NCBI GenBank assembly: GCA_016181245.1
Contig: JACOZR010000017.1
Location: forward strand, 1 to 50,207
Direction: 5' to 3'
From: Candidatus Woesearchaeota archaeon
Lineage (GTDB): Archaea > Nanobdellota > Nanobdellia > SCGC-AAA011-G17 > GW2011-AR20
DNA length: 50,207 bases
The stretch's first letter is position 1; each line of letters opens with the position of its first letter. Below, piece by piece: positions 8,387-15,582 of the stretch. The notes below the pieces were generated by a model, which ran no database searches, was not told the DNA's origin, and saw only the letters and a program-made list of their open reading frames with translations. The translations under genes and the position numbers were made by a program.

Positions 8387-8860
8387 CTATCTGAAATTCT
8401 CTTTAATCCATCTTTGACTTTTGCCTACTGAAGTTTCATAGCTTTCAACATTCATTATGACAAAACTACAATTTTCAAAAGCAGGAGTTAACTTTTCTAA
8501 TTCCCCTATTTTATCTCTGTAATCTTCCACTTTTTTTAAATGTTTGAATTTCTCTGCTCTCTTTGAACCTTTTGCTATGGCCTCTTCTATCTCCATTTGT
8601 TCTTTATATCTTAGAATAAAAGTTTTCTTCAGGTCTTTAATCACTGGCCTAAGCTCTTTGTATACCTCTTCGGAGATTAAGTAAGTTGATTGACCCAATT
8701 TGAGAATCTTTTCATCCAAAAGTAAAGGTCTAAGATACCATCTATACCACAAGTCAGTTATTAATCTCGTTTTATTTATACTATACCCCCTTCTGTGGTC
8801 TGTTTCATGCTTATGGGCTAGGTCATAGCTCAACATTTTTTTAAATTTCATATTTATCAC
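8387..8860 (-). CDS. Hypothetical protein (157 aa)
   Basis: ORF in an operon context. Confidence 0.55.
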   Translation of the reverse strand: MINMKFKKMLSYDLAHKHETDHRRGYSINKTRLITDLWYRWYLRPLLLDEKILKLGQSTYLISEEVYKELRPVIKDLKKTFILRYKEQMEIEEAIAKGSKRAEKFKHLKKVEDYRDKIGELEKLTPAFENCSFVIMNVESYETSVGKSQRWIKENFR

Positions 8861-8867
8861 CTCGATT

Positions 8868-9077
8868 TCAATAGTATTGATCAGCTAACTCCTGTATTTG
8901 TTTTGAATGAAAAGTATCGGTTTCTTTTCGCTTCCCTAGCCTTTTCCCAACCTCTTCTAAGGTTAGGATACCATGAAATAGTTTATAGCCTAAAACCTTA
9001 CAATAACCACTACAATAGATAGCTCCCTTTCTTTTGGTTTCTAGGAGTTCTGTTTTGCATAAATTACAGGTTTTCAT
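8868..9077 (-). CDS. Zinc-ribbon protein (69 aa)
   Basis: CNLC...YCSGYC motif. Confidence 0.55.
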   Translation of the reverse strand: MKTCNLCKTELLETKRKGAIYCSGYCKVLGYKLFHGILTLEEVGKRLGKRKETDTFHSKQIQELADQYY

Positions 9078-9186
9078 TGTATCTCCTCTTTTCTTTTTCT
9101 AGAGTGCACAAAGGACATTTACAAGTGCCACCGAAAAGTAAGTGATGTTTGGTACAGGTTTTGGCTGTGGCTAGGATTAGGATCAT
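9064..9186 (-). CDS. 40-aa Cys/His-rich miniprotein. Not in the ORF track.
   Basis: Translation is MILILATAKTCTKHHLLFGGTCKCPLCTLEKEKRRYNENL. It has an ATGA overlap with the upstream stop and also overlaps the downstream start. Confidence 0.4.
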   Translation of the reverse strand: MILILATAKTCTKHHLLFGGTCKCPLCTLEKEKRRYNENL

Positions 9187-10973
9187 AAAGCCTTCACCTT
9201 TTCTTCACTTAGTTTAAACAAAGCCCCATCAAAACAGAGTTTTTTAATTGCAGAATCAACTTCATCCTCAAATCCAAATTCTTCACAGATGGTAAGGATA
9301 TCTGACTCTTGTCCTGGTTGAGATTTTACAAAATCTAGGATTTTTTTAATAGTTGGGATAATCTCTTTGGTTTCTTTATTTATGCTTGCGCTACCCCCTG
9401 TAACTATTTTAGAGCCCTCCATAAATGTAGGGGGGGATACCGCGTTCACATTTTGATGTAGTCTGTAATATGAAACAAATTCCTTAAACCCATGTTGTTC
9501 CTTACTAGTTTTGGTAATTGAAACAAGATCTAGCATCTCTAATTGTTGACAAATATTTCTGATGCTAGTCTCAGGAAGTTTAACGCTATACTTTATGGCT
9601 GTAATTGTACAACCATCTAAGCTACAATTTTGCTCCTTTTCAATAGCCTTTAAAACATCTAATCTGTCTTGTGGGCAAGTATGCAATGCAAGTTCAATAG
9701 CAACTAAAATCTCTTCTTTAGTTACAGAACTCTTATCCCTAACTAGTGCGAGACATTTGGCAAATTTTTTTAATTGTTTTATCAGTCTTGTAGGCTGTTC
9801 AGGTGTGGGGATAAAATCGTAATAAAACTCTGAGCTCCCGCTATGGATTGTGATAGGGGTTCTACAAATTGCTAAAAACTTGGCGACTCTTATTAATGGC
9901 TCAATAAGATCATCTGGAAATTGAATTTCTTTTCCTTCTAAATTGGTTAAGAACCCCATGATTGTGTGCTTTAATTCTTGCCTCATAACCTCTTCTTTAC
10001 CTTCATTCTCTTCTGCTCGTCTTATTGATTCATCAACATTTTCTTGCCATCTATATTTAAGGAATCTTTCCCCTAACTGTTGCATAATCTTCCAATGTTT
10101 ATCTATGATGGGGGTTACTCCCGCAATTAATCCAAAATTATTTCTATACTCTACCTTCTCATCAATAGTACCAAATTTCTTAGAAAACATACCATCATAA
10201 ATCTCTCTTAGTTGTGAGATTATTTCTGCTCTTTCATCTCTAGGTTTTTCTAAAATTGTTGTGAAGTCTTTCATTAAAAGAATTTTGTCGGCTAGTTGTG
10301 GCAATAGATCTTCAATTTTTTGCCTTTCTTCTCCTGCACCCAACATCAAACCACTTATAAAAGTTTTAGAAGTTAAGTCAGATAAATGATAGAAATCTTC
10401 TCCATCCAATGCCCTCAATAATTCAGTTTTACAACCTCCAGGAGGGGCAATTAAGAACAACCATAAAGGATCTCCTGGTATCTTTTCAGCAATTGCAAAG
10501 GCGAAAACAACTTCAATAACATTCTTATCATTAATAGACAACCACCCATAGATAACCTTTTTACATTCTTCTAAAGAAACCTTCTTGTATTTTTTCTGTT
10601 CGTATTTTTGAAATATCTCATTTCTTACCTGAGCCTCTATAGAATTTCTTTCGTCAAAGATGGGTTTTAGTAGTGTAAATGTTTCCGTTATGGCTTCCCT
10701 TGATTCAGTATCGCTATCAAAAACTTTGAGAGAAAATAATAATTTTGAGACCTTAGAAATATGCAAATCATTTAGAATATACTTTTTTGAAGTCCAGGTA
10801 AACACGTTTTCACCCTTTGGATTACATAAATTTAAGTAATAATTTTTACTCTTTGAGACTTCAAGAACATAATCTTTAATTCTTACTTTTGAAGGTGGCA
10901 ATTTTCCTTCAGGAGCAGAGAACAGTTGCACAGCACTTTCTTCCAACATGAAATCAGCAGTCGTCATCTTCAA
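9183..10973 (-). CDS. P-loop NTPase, putative replication helicase/initiator of the element, with C-terminal wHTH-like segments
   Basis: Walker-A-like LIAPPGGCKTELL and Walker-B-like KILLMKDF. Start is TTG 10973 or ATG 10967. Confidence 0.65.
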   Translation of the reverse strand: MKMTTADFMLEESAVQLFSAPEGKLPPSKVRIKDYVLEVSKSKNYYLNLCNPKGENVFTWTSKKYILNDLHISKVSKLLFSLKVFDSDTESREAITETFTLLKPIFDERNSIEAQVRNEIFQKYEQKKYKKVSLEECKKVIYGWLSINDKNVIEVVFAFAIAEKIPGDPLWLFLIAPPGGCKTELLRALDGEDFYHLSDLTSKTFISGLMLGAGEERQKIEDLLPQLADKILLMKDFTTILEKPRDERAEIISQLREIYDGMFSKKFGTIDEKVEYRNNFGLIAGVTPIIDKHWKIMQQLGERFLKYRWQENVDESIRRAEENEGKEEVMRQELKHTIMGFLTNLEGKEIQFPDDLIEPLIRVAKFLAICRTPITIHSGSSEFYYDFIPTPEQPTRLIKQLKKFAKCLALVRDKSSVTKEEILVAIELALHTCPQDRLDVLKAIEKEQNCSLDGCTITAIKYSVKLPETSIRNICQQLEMLDLVSITKTSKEQHGFKEFVSYYRLHQNVNAVSPPTFMEGSKIVTGGSASINKETKEIIPTIKKILDFVKSQPGQESDILTICEEFGFEDEVDSAIKKLCFDGALFKLSEEKVKAL

Positions 10974-11127
10974 ACTCCTGAAGTTGCTTTAAGTCTTCTT
11001 TTTCTAACTTCTCTTCGATTGCCTTTTTTATGAAAGAATTACGGTCTGTCTTCTTGACTTTCTTAATTAGATCAAGCTTTTTCCAGGTCTCAGATTCTAA
11101 CCTTAAACTACCGACAAAAGTTGACAT
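10954..11127 (-). CDS. RHH (CopG/Arc-like) protein, 57 aa. Not in the ORF track.
   Basis: Translation is MSTFVGSLRLESETWKKLDLIKKVKKTDRNSFIKKAIEEKLEK... Its stop overlaps the start of the NTPase gene. Confidence 0.55.
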   Translation of the reverse strand: MSTFVGSLRLESETWKKLDLIKKVKKTDRNSFIKKAIEEKLEKEDLKQLQEFEDDDC

Positions 11128-11217
11128 TTTAATGTATCACGCCCTTTTTTATAATCGAAGAAACCTAGAACACCATTCTGGGGGCTTAGGCCTCTTTTTT
11201 TATTTTCCCTTGTCCCA

Positions 11218-11340
11218 TTAATTCGGCATCCTCCCTTTCTCTAATTCTTCTAAGATAGTTTGATATTTCGCGATTGTTTGATTTAGGTCGTCAATCAAAG
11301 ATTTCCTAAGTTCTTCAAAATTATTTTTTTGTTGATTCAT
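11218..11340 (-). CDS. 40-aa coiled-coil miniprotein. Not in the ORF track.
   Basis: ATGA overlap with the upstream RHH gene. Translation is MNQQKNNFEELRKSLIDDLNQTIAKYQTILEELEKGRMPN. Confidence 0.35.
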   Translation of the reverse strand: MNQQKNNFEELRKSLIDDLNQTIAKYQTILEELEKGRMPN

Positions 11341-11477
11341 TTTCTCTTCTCAATGTTGGTTATATAATCCGAAATGGCCTTTCTTGTAGCTGAACTCATG
11401 TCCCTGTTATCTTTATGGCTAGCTTTACGAAGTCTTTCCTTAGTTTTTTCATCCAGCTTTACGAATAATGTGCTCAT
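11337..11477 (-). CDS. RHH (CopG-like) protein, 46 aa, first gene of the replication operon. Not in the ORF track.
   Basis: Translation is MSTLFVKLDEKTKERLRKASHKDNRDMSSATRKAISDYITNIEKRK. Confidence 0.55.
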   Translation of the reverse strand: MSTLFVKLDEKTKERLRKASHKDNRDMSSATRKAISDYITNIEKRK

Positions 11478-11492
11478 TTTTTATAAACTGTA

Positions 11493-11517
11493 ATTATCTA
11501 TACAATGTATAGATAAT
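11493..11517. promoter_or_regulatory. 25-bp perfect palindrome (ATTATCTATACA-A-TGTATAGATAAT) between two TATA-like boxes in a divergent promoter
   Basis: Read directly. It is flanked by ttttttataaa and cttatataaaag. Confidence 0.5.
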
Positions 11518-11541
11518 CTTATATAAAAGCATTTCTATGTT

Positions 11542-12078
11542 ATGGACTATACGTTGTATATGCCTAAGATGATAAAAGATTTGAAAAATACAGTGGATAA
11601 AAAGATAATAGGGATATTAGTAGATGAAGAAAAAGTATGGGGGAACAACCTTAGCAGGAAAATAGGAGAGAATCAAGTTACCACATTTAGGCGTTTAAAA
11701 TTTTTGAAAGAAAGAGGCGTATTGGACTCTGAAAAGATGGGGAATCTTGTTCTTTATAAATTATCAAATAAGCTATCACAAAAGGATTTAGAGCATCTCA
11801 AGAATTTAAGTAAACTTTCTCTCTCTGAACAAATTAAAGAGAGACTTAAAAGGGAGTTAATAGCATCTTATCAATGGCTTGATCCTAGAACAGAAAGGCA
11901 AATAAGAGAATATATATCTAAAAAAGAGGAAATAAGCTATGATGAATTACAAAAAATATTCCCTATGTTAGAGGGGTATTCGAGCTTAGGAACATTTCTA
12001 ATCCTCGGTGGTCTAAAAAAAGAAGAAGTAAAAATAATCTTCAAAAAAAGAAAAAATTTGTCAAAATTAAAAGAATAA
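11542..12078 (+). CDS. wHTH DNA-binding protein
   Basis: Contains NLSRKIGENQVTTFRRLKFLKERGVLDSEKMGNLVLYKL. Confidence 0.6.
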   Translation: MDYTLYMPKMIKDLKNTVDKKIIGILVDEEKVWGNNLSRKIGENQVTTFRRLKFLKERGVLDSEKMGNLVLYKLSNKLSQKDLEHLKNLSKLSLSEQIKERLKRELIASYQWLDPRTERQIREYISKKEEISYDELQKIFPMLEGYSSLGTFLILGGLKKEEVKIIFKKRKNLSKLKE

Positions 12079-12092
12079 AGTATGGTAAAGAT

Positions 12093-12653
12093 ATGAAAAA
12101 AACAAAGATTGGTGGTTTCGAAACAGAAGACTATGATGGTGTGAGAGATACTAGGATTGGTAATGCAAGGTCTATAAGCTATGATATAGAAGAAGCCCTA
12201 GATCAAGATAACCCAAGAAATGTTTTTCTTAACGGTCAGCTTTATACAGAGATGTCGTGTGATCTTATCATAACTCTTTACTTTTCTAAAGATGATAGTC
12301 TTAAATCATCTATTTTGGATGATTTTCTTACTTCTAAAAGTATTGATTTTTTTGGTAAAATAAATCTTATGAGAATGTTACTTAAAAAAACTGAGGTAGA
12401 AAACAGGTATGAAATTCTTATTCCGCTAGAAATTATACAGACCTTGCATGCTGTAGCCGAGATTAGAAATGCCTTCCACCATCACCTTGTATATACTGAA
12501 GCTATGAAACAAGTGCAAATGGGTGGAAAGTTCTCAGTGGGTGTAAAAAAACAATTAAAATCCTACCATAAAATTGAAGACTTGACAAATGATTTTAAGG
12601 TAGTGGTTAAAATACTGAATGAGGAATTGAATAATGTTATATCTTCCATATAA
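12093..12653 (+). CDS. MtlR-like / HEPN-like protein
   Basis: FFGKINLMRMLL...LHAVAEIRNAFHHH resembles the 'F..KI.L...L....L..IRN.FAH' signature of the MtlR-like HEPN clade. Confidence 0.45.
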   Translation: MKKTKIGGFETEDYDGVRDTRIGNARSISYDIEEALDQDNPRNVFLNGQLYTEMSCDLIITLYFSKDDSLKSSILDDFLTSKSIDFFGKINLMRMLLKKTEVENRYEILIPLEIIQTLHAVAEIRNAFHHHLVYTEAMKQVQMGGKFSVGVKKQLKSYHKIEDLTNDFKVVVKILNEELNNVISSI

Positions 12654-12708
12654 AATTAATGTTATTTCAAGATGTTATATACAAACATTCAAACTGTTTT
12701 AAATCTTC

Positions 12709-13974
12709 TTAACCTTTAATCTTTGTTTCTACCTTTTCAAGTCTTGCCTTTAATTCATTCAAAATCTCTAAAACTGTTTTCACGTTTTCTACTTCAGAGA
12801 GCCCAGATAAACTGTCTAGTTTCTGCAATAACTCCATCTGCTTTCTTATCTTTGAAGGATCTAATGATCTTAAACATTGAGGGCAATCATTAAGCTCAAA
12901 GTTTATATCTTTTCTTCCGCAATAGAGGCACTCTTTAGACTTTGTAGAATAACCATTGTTGTCCTCTTTCCCTTTTCTTATGCCTTTCTTCAAGAGCAGG
13001 ATATCCACGACTTCTTTTTGTGTGCTTAAATCATAAGTTGATAACTGCTTAGGAGAAGTCCAACCAGCAACCTTTGATATTTCGTTAGCACTAGCTCCTT
13101 GCAAGGACATTAATGTAACTCCGAATCTTTTTAGGCTATAGAGAGATATGCTTTTGTTAAATTGTAGATCCTTGCATGCCCTTCTTAATTTCTTGCTAAC
13201 CATAGCTGGGGTTAAGGATTTGTTTCTTTTCCTGCTCCCATTAGCAAATAGATAGGCCTCAGAATTAGAGCTTAATTGATATTGCTGAAGATATTGTTTA
13301 AGCAGAGAATATGAGTCTATGCAAACTAATTTCTTTAATCCTTCCTTGCCTCTTTCTATGTTAATTAAAGCATAGTCTTGATAATCTTCTATACCTTTTA
13401 TCTTGCAACTTAGAAGTTCCGCAGGTCTTGACAAAGACTCTACCGTTAGACTTATGATCAGTTTAGTTTCTATATCTTGATTAAAATATTTTAATAGAGA
13501 CCTATACTCCTCTGGCAATAGCTTATCTTTCCTTTGCCTTTGCTGACTTTTATCTTGCTGGACTTTTATTTCACTCCAGTAGCCTATATCTTTGAATAAA
13601 ATCTTCCATATTCTCTTGATCATGCTAAATGCTGATTTTCTGCTCTCTACTGTTTTGTATATCTTGTTTATTTGAGAAGCTACTTTATCTGATTCTTCTT
13701 CATTTTTTTGTAGCTCTGCAAAGTCTTTATTTGTTATGTATGAAACTGTGAGAAGCACTTCAATAAACCTTTTTCTTCTGATATAACTTAGATCCTGAGA
13801 TTCAAACTTAGAGATTAACCTCTTGAAGTATTGCAAGTTGCTAGGATTCTTTATTTGATACTTGCCTTGATAAACATCCTTAGGCCTTTTGTCTATCGGT
13901 AGAATAAGATAATCCAGGCTCTTTGCAAATCTTTCGTACTTTGCTTTTGAATTGTATATATCATTATCGGCCAT
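12709..13974 (-). CDS. Tyrosine integrase with a C-terminal zinc ribbon and coiled coil
   Basis: Contains SLSRPAELL (Arg), LKRFGVT, GWTSPKQLSTYD (Tyr) and CLYCGRK...CPQC. The gene is intact and sits beside the tRNA/att site. Confidence 0.8.
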   Translation of the reverse strand: MADNDIYNSKAKYERFAKSLDYLILPIDKRPKDVYQGKYQIKNPSNLQYFKRLISKFESQDLSYIRRKRFIEVLLTVSYITNKDFAELQKNEEESDKVASQINKIYKTVESRKSAFSMIKRIWKILFKDIGYWSEIKVQQDKSQQRQRKDKLLPEEYRSLLKYFNQDIETKLIISLTVESLSRPAELLSCKIKGIEDYQDYALINIERGKEGLKKLVCIDSYSLLKQYLQQYQLSSNSEAYLFANGSRKRNKSLTPAMVSKKLRRACKDLQFNKSISLYSLKRFGVTLMSLQGASANEISKVAGWTSPKQLSTYDLSTQKEVVDILLLKKGIRKGKEDNNGYSTKSKECLYCGRKDINFELNDCPQCLRSLDPSKIRKQMELLQKLDSLSGLSEVENVKTVLEILNELKARLEKVETKIKG

Positions 13975-14038
13975 AATAGACTCCTGTATTCACCGACTTT
14001 TATATCGGTGTGATACAGGGCGTCTAATTATGACCTTT

Positions 14039-14052
14039 CCGCCGCGACTGGG
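14039..14052. repeat. att-type direct repeat, tRNA-proximal copy
   Basis: Identical to 578-591. On the - strand it reads CCCAGTCGCGGCGG, which is the T-stem 3' strand, the acceptor 3' strand, the discriminator and 1 further nt. Confidence 0.7.
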
Positions 14053-14204
14053 ACTCTCCCACTCACACAAAGCTTTTAGCATATATCATGAGAGTGCTTT
14101 GAACCCAGATATCCAAAGGAAACAGGATCTCTGTGGTTGCTTATAACCTTAGCAATCCTACACATTGTTAAATTCTGCGCAATACCAGGTTATGCGATCG
14201 CGGC
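14040..14204 (-). tRNA. tRNA-Ser(GCU) with three putative BHB introns (17, 21 and 44 nt). The mature tRNA would be 83 nt, with no encoded CCA.
   Basis: Hand fold: acceptor GCCGCGA/TCGCGGC; D-arm GCA-TAACCTGGTAT-TGC; anticodon stem CAG^GA/TCCTG; loop TTGCTA^A; 14-nt variable arm (TCC-TTT-GGA); T-arm CTGGG-TTCAAA^T-CCCAG; discriminator G. Introns lie at 14158-14174, 14129-14149 and 14054-14097. Confidence 0.75.
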
Positions 14205-14241
14205 TTAATTTAGATGATATTAAAAGTTCTTTTAAAGGTTT

Positions 14242-14970
14242 TTATTTGGGTTTAATGAGGAAGAATATTTCATTTTCTATGTCAAAATCTTCAAATGTGT
14301 AATTGTTTTTACTTAACATTCTTCTAAACCAAGACCTGCCCTTCTTTTTTATTTCTTCATTCTTGCTTAAAGCTATTTTTGAGAAGCTTACTAGAATTAA
14401 TTTTGAGTTTAAATTTTTGAATAATCTTTCACTTGAACCTTTTTTTATTTCTTCTAAGCTTTCTAGGACCCTGAAAATAAAGATTATATCTGCTTTTGGC
14501 AAGTTTTCTTTGTGATTGTCATATGCATTGAAAATAAATGTTTTTCCTTTGATTTTATTTTGTTTCATGTAATTATTTATTTCTTCTACTGAGTCTTTTG
14601 AAATATCACATAAATAATATGTTTTATCTTTGCCAAATATTTCAATGTATTCTAAAGGGGATTTACCACAACCTATGTCTAGAACTGAATTAAATTTTCC
14701 AAGTTTTTTATTTAACTCTTTGTAAGTTGATTCTAATCTTGGTTCTGGAATTTCTCTGTAAACTCCATAAACTTTTCTTAATATTTTTCTTATTTCTTTG
14801 AAGAATTCACCATATCTATTTTTCTTTTTTAATTTTTTAAAATCTTCAGTTAAATCTAACTTGTATTTTTCTATATTTTCCAAGATTCTAGCTTTTAAGA
14901 AAGAATCATCAATATCACTTAGAGATTTTTTACTTTTAATATCGTCAGCTATTTCTTGGATTGTTGCCAT
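14242..14970 (-). CDS. SAM-dependent methyltransferase resembling the FmrO/ArmA-Rmt 16S rRNA m7G1405 methyltransferase family
   Basis: VLDIGCGKSPLE (motif I), N-terminal KSKKSL...LRKVYGVY, and FRVLESLEEIKKGS...LILVSF resemble remembered ArmA/RmtB features. Confidence 0.6.
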   Translation of the reverse strand: MATIQEIADDIKSKKSLSDIDDSFLKARILENIEKYKLDLTEDFKKLKKKNRYGEFFKEIRKILRKVYGVYREIPEPRLESTYKELNKKLGKFNSVLDIGCGKSPLEYIEIFGKDKTYYLCDISKDSVEEINNYMKQNKIKGKTFIFNAYDNHKENLPKADIIFIFRVLESLEEIKKGSSERLFKNLNSKLILVSFSKIALSKNEEIKKKGRSWFRRMLSKNNYTFEDFDIENEIFFLIKPK

Positions 14971-14976
14971 TTAGAA

Positions 14977-15558
14977 TTAAACTGCTAATTTCATTCTTGC
15001 CGCTTCAACTATTGATGGGTTGTCTATCCAGTGAAGATATTTACCTTGTGTATAAAGAATTCTATCTGCTAAACTTCCAATTTCTCCAAATTCTAGCTTT
15101 CCTCTTCTTTCTACGGATTCCTTTTGTTGTCCTGTTCTGTCAAATTTGAAATGGATAAGATGCGGGGCTGGGTCTTTTTGCTTTGGTTGTTTGCTAATAG
15201 GGAAATCATATCTAAGGCTTGTTTCTAACACTCTTCCTTCGTATATATAGCTTCTTGTATGACTTGGATTTCCTAATGTATCTAACAATTGTTCTATTGC
15301 TTCTTCTGCTGTTTCATTGGAAAAAATATCAATTTCACTTGCCCATATTGGTCCGTCATATCCTTTTACTTTACTTCTATGAGAATAGTCTCTTGTTGGA
15401 CCCCTCATAGAAAGATGAGGTATTTCGGGATATTTGTCTATATCTCGAACTTCTCTAAGATGTATAGTTTGAGGGTAAACCCCAAATGCTAAACTGCTGT
15501 TTCCAATTACTCCTTGAATTGCTGTTCTTAGACTAAACTGAGGAGGTCTTAATATCAT
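14977..15558 (-). CDS. Conserved-looking hypothetical protein (193 aa) between rtcA and the methyltransferase
   Basis: ORF with tight spacing to both neighbours. No motif recognised. Confidence 0.6.
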   Translation of the reverse strand: MILRPPQFSLRTAIQGVIGNSSLAFGVYPQTIHLREVRDIDKYPEIPHLSMRGPTRDYSHRSKVKGYDGPIWASEIDIFSNETAEEAIEQLLDTLGNPSHTRSYIYEGRVLETSLRYDFPISKQPKQKDPAPHLIHFKFDRTGQQKESVERRGKLEFGEIGSLADRILYTQGKYLHWIDNPSIVEAARMKLAV

Positions 15559-15582
15559 ATTTTTGTTATGATAAGAAAGTAT

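Larger units (their letters stand above)
578..14052. mobile_element. Integrated plasmid- or provirus-like element in tRNA-Ser. It carries two tyrosine recombinases, a replication module and toxin/HEPN cargo.
   Basis: 14-bp direct repeats at both ends. An integrase gene abuts the tRNA-proximal end. Inverted subterminal blocks TAGACGCCC (607-615) and GGGCGTCTA (14018-14026). The cargo is typical of archaeal integrative elements. Confidence 0.7.

Noticed and set aside
13952-14146. 64-aa + strand ORF from the track that lies over the integrase promoter and the tRNA
   Set aside because: It overlaps the att repeat and two-thirds of the tRNA-Ser locus. It has no coding features, and the RNA gene explains the region better.
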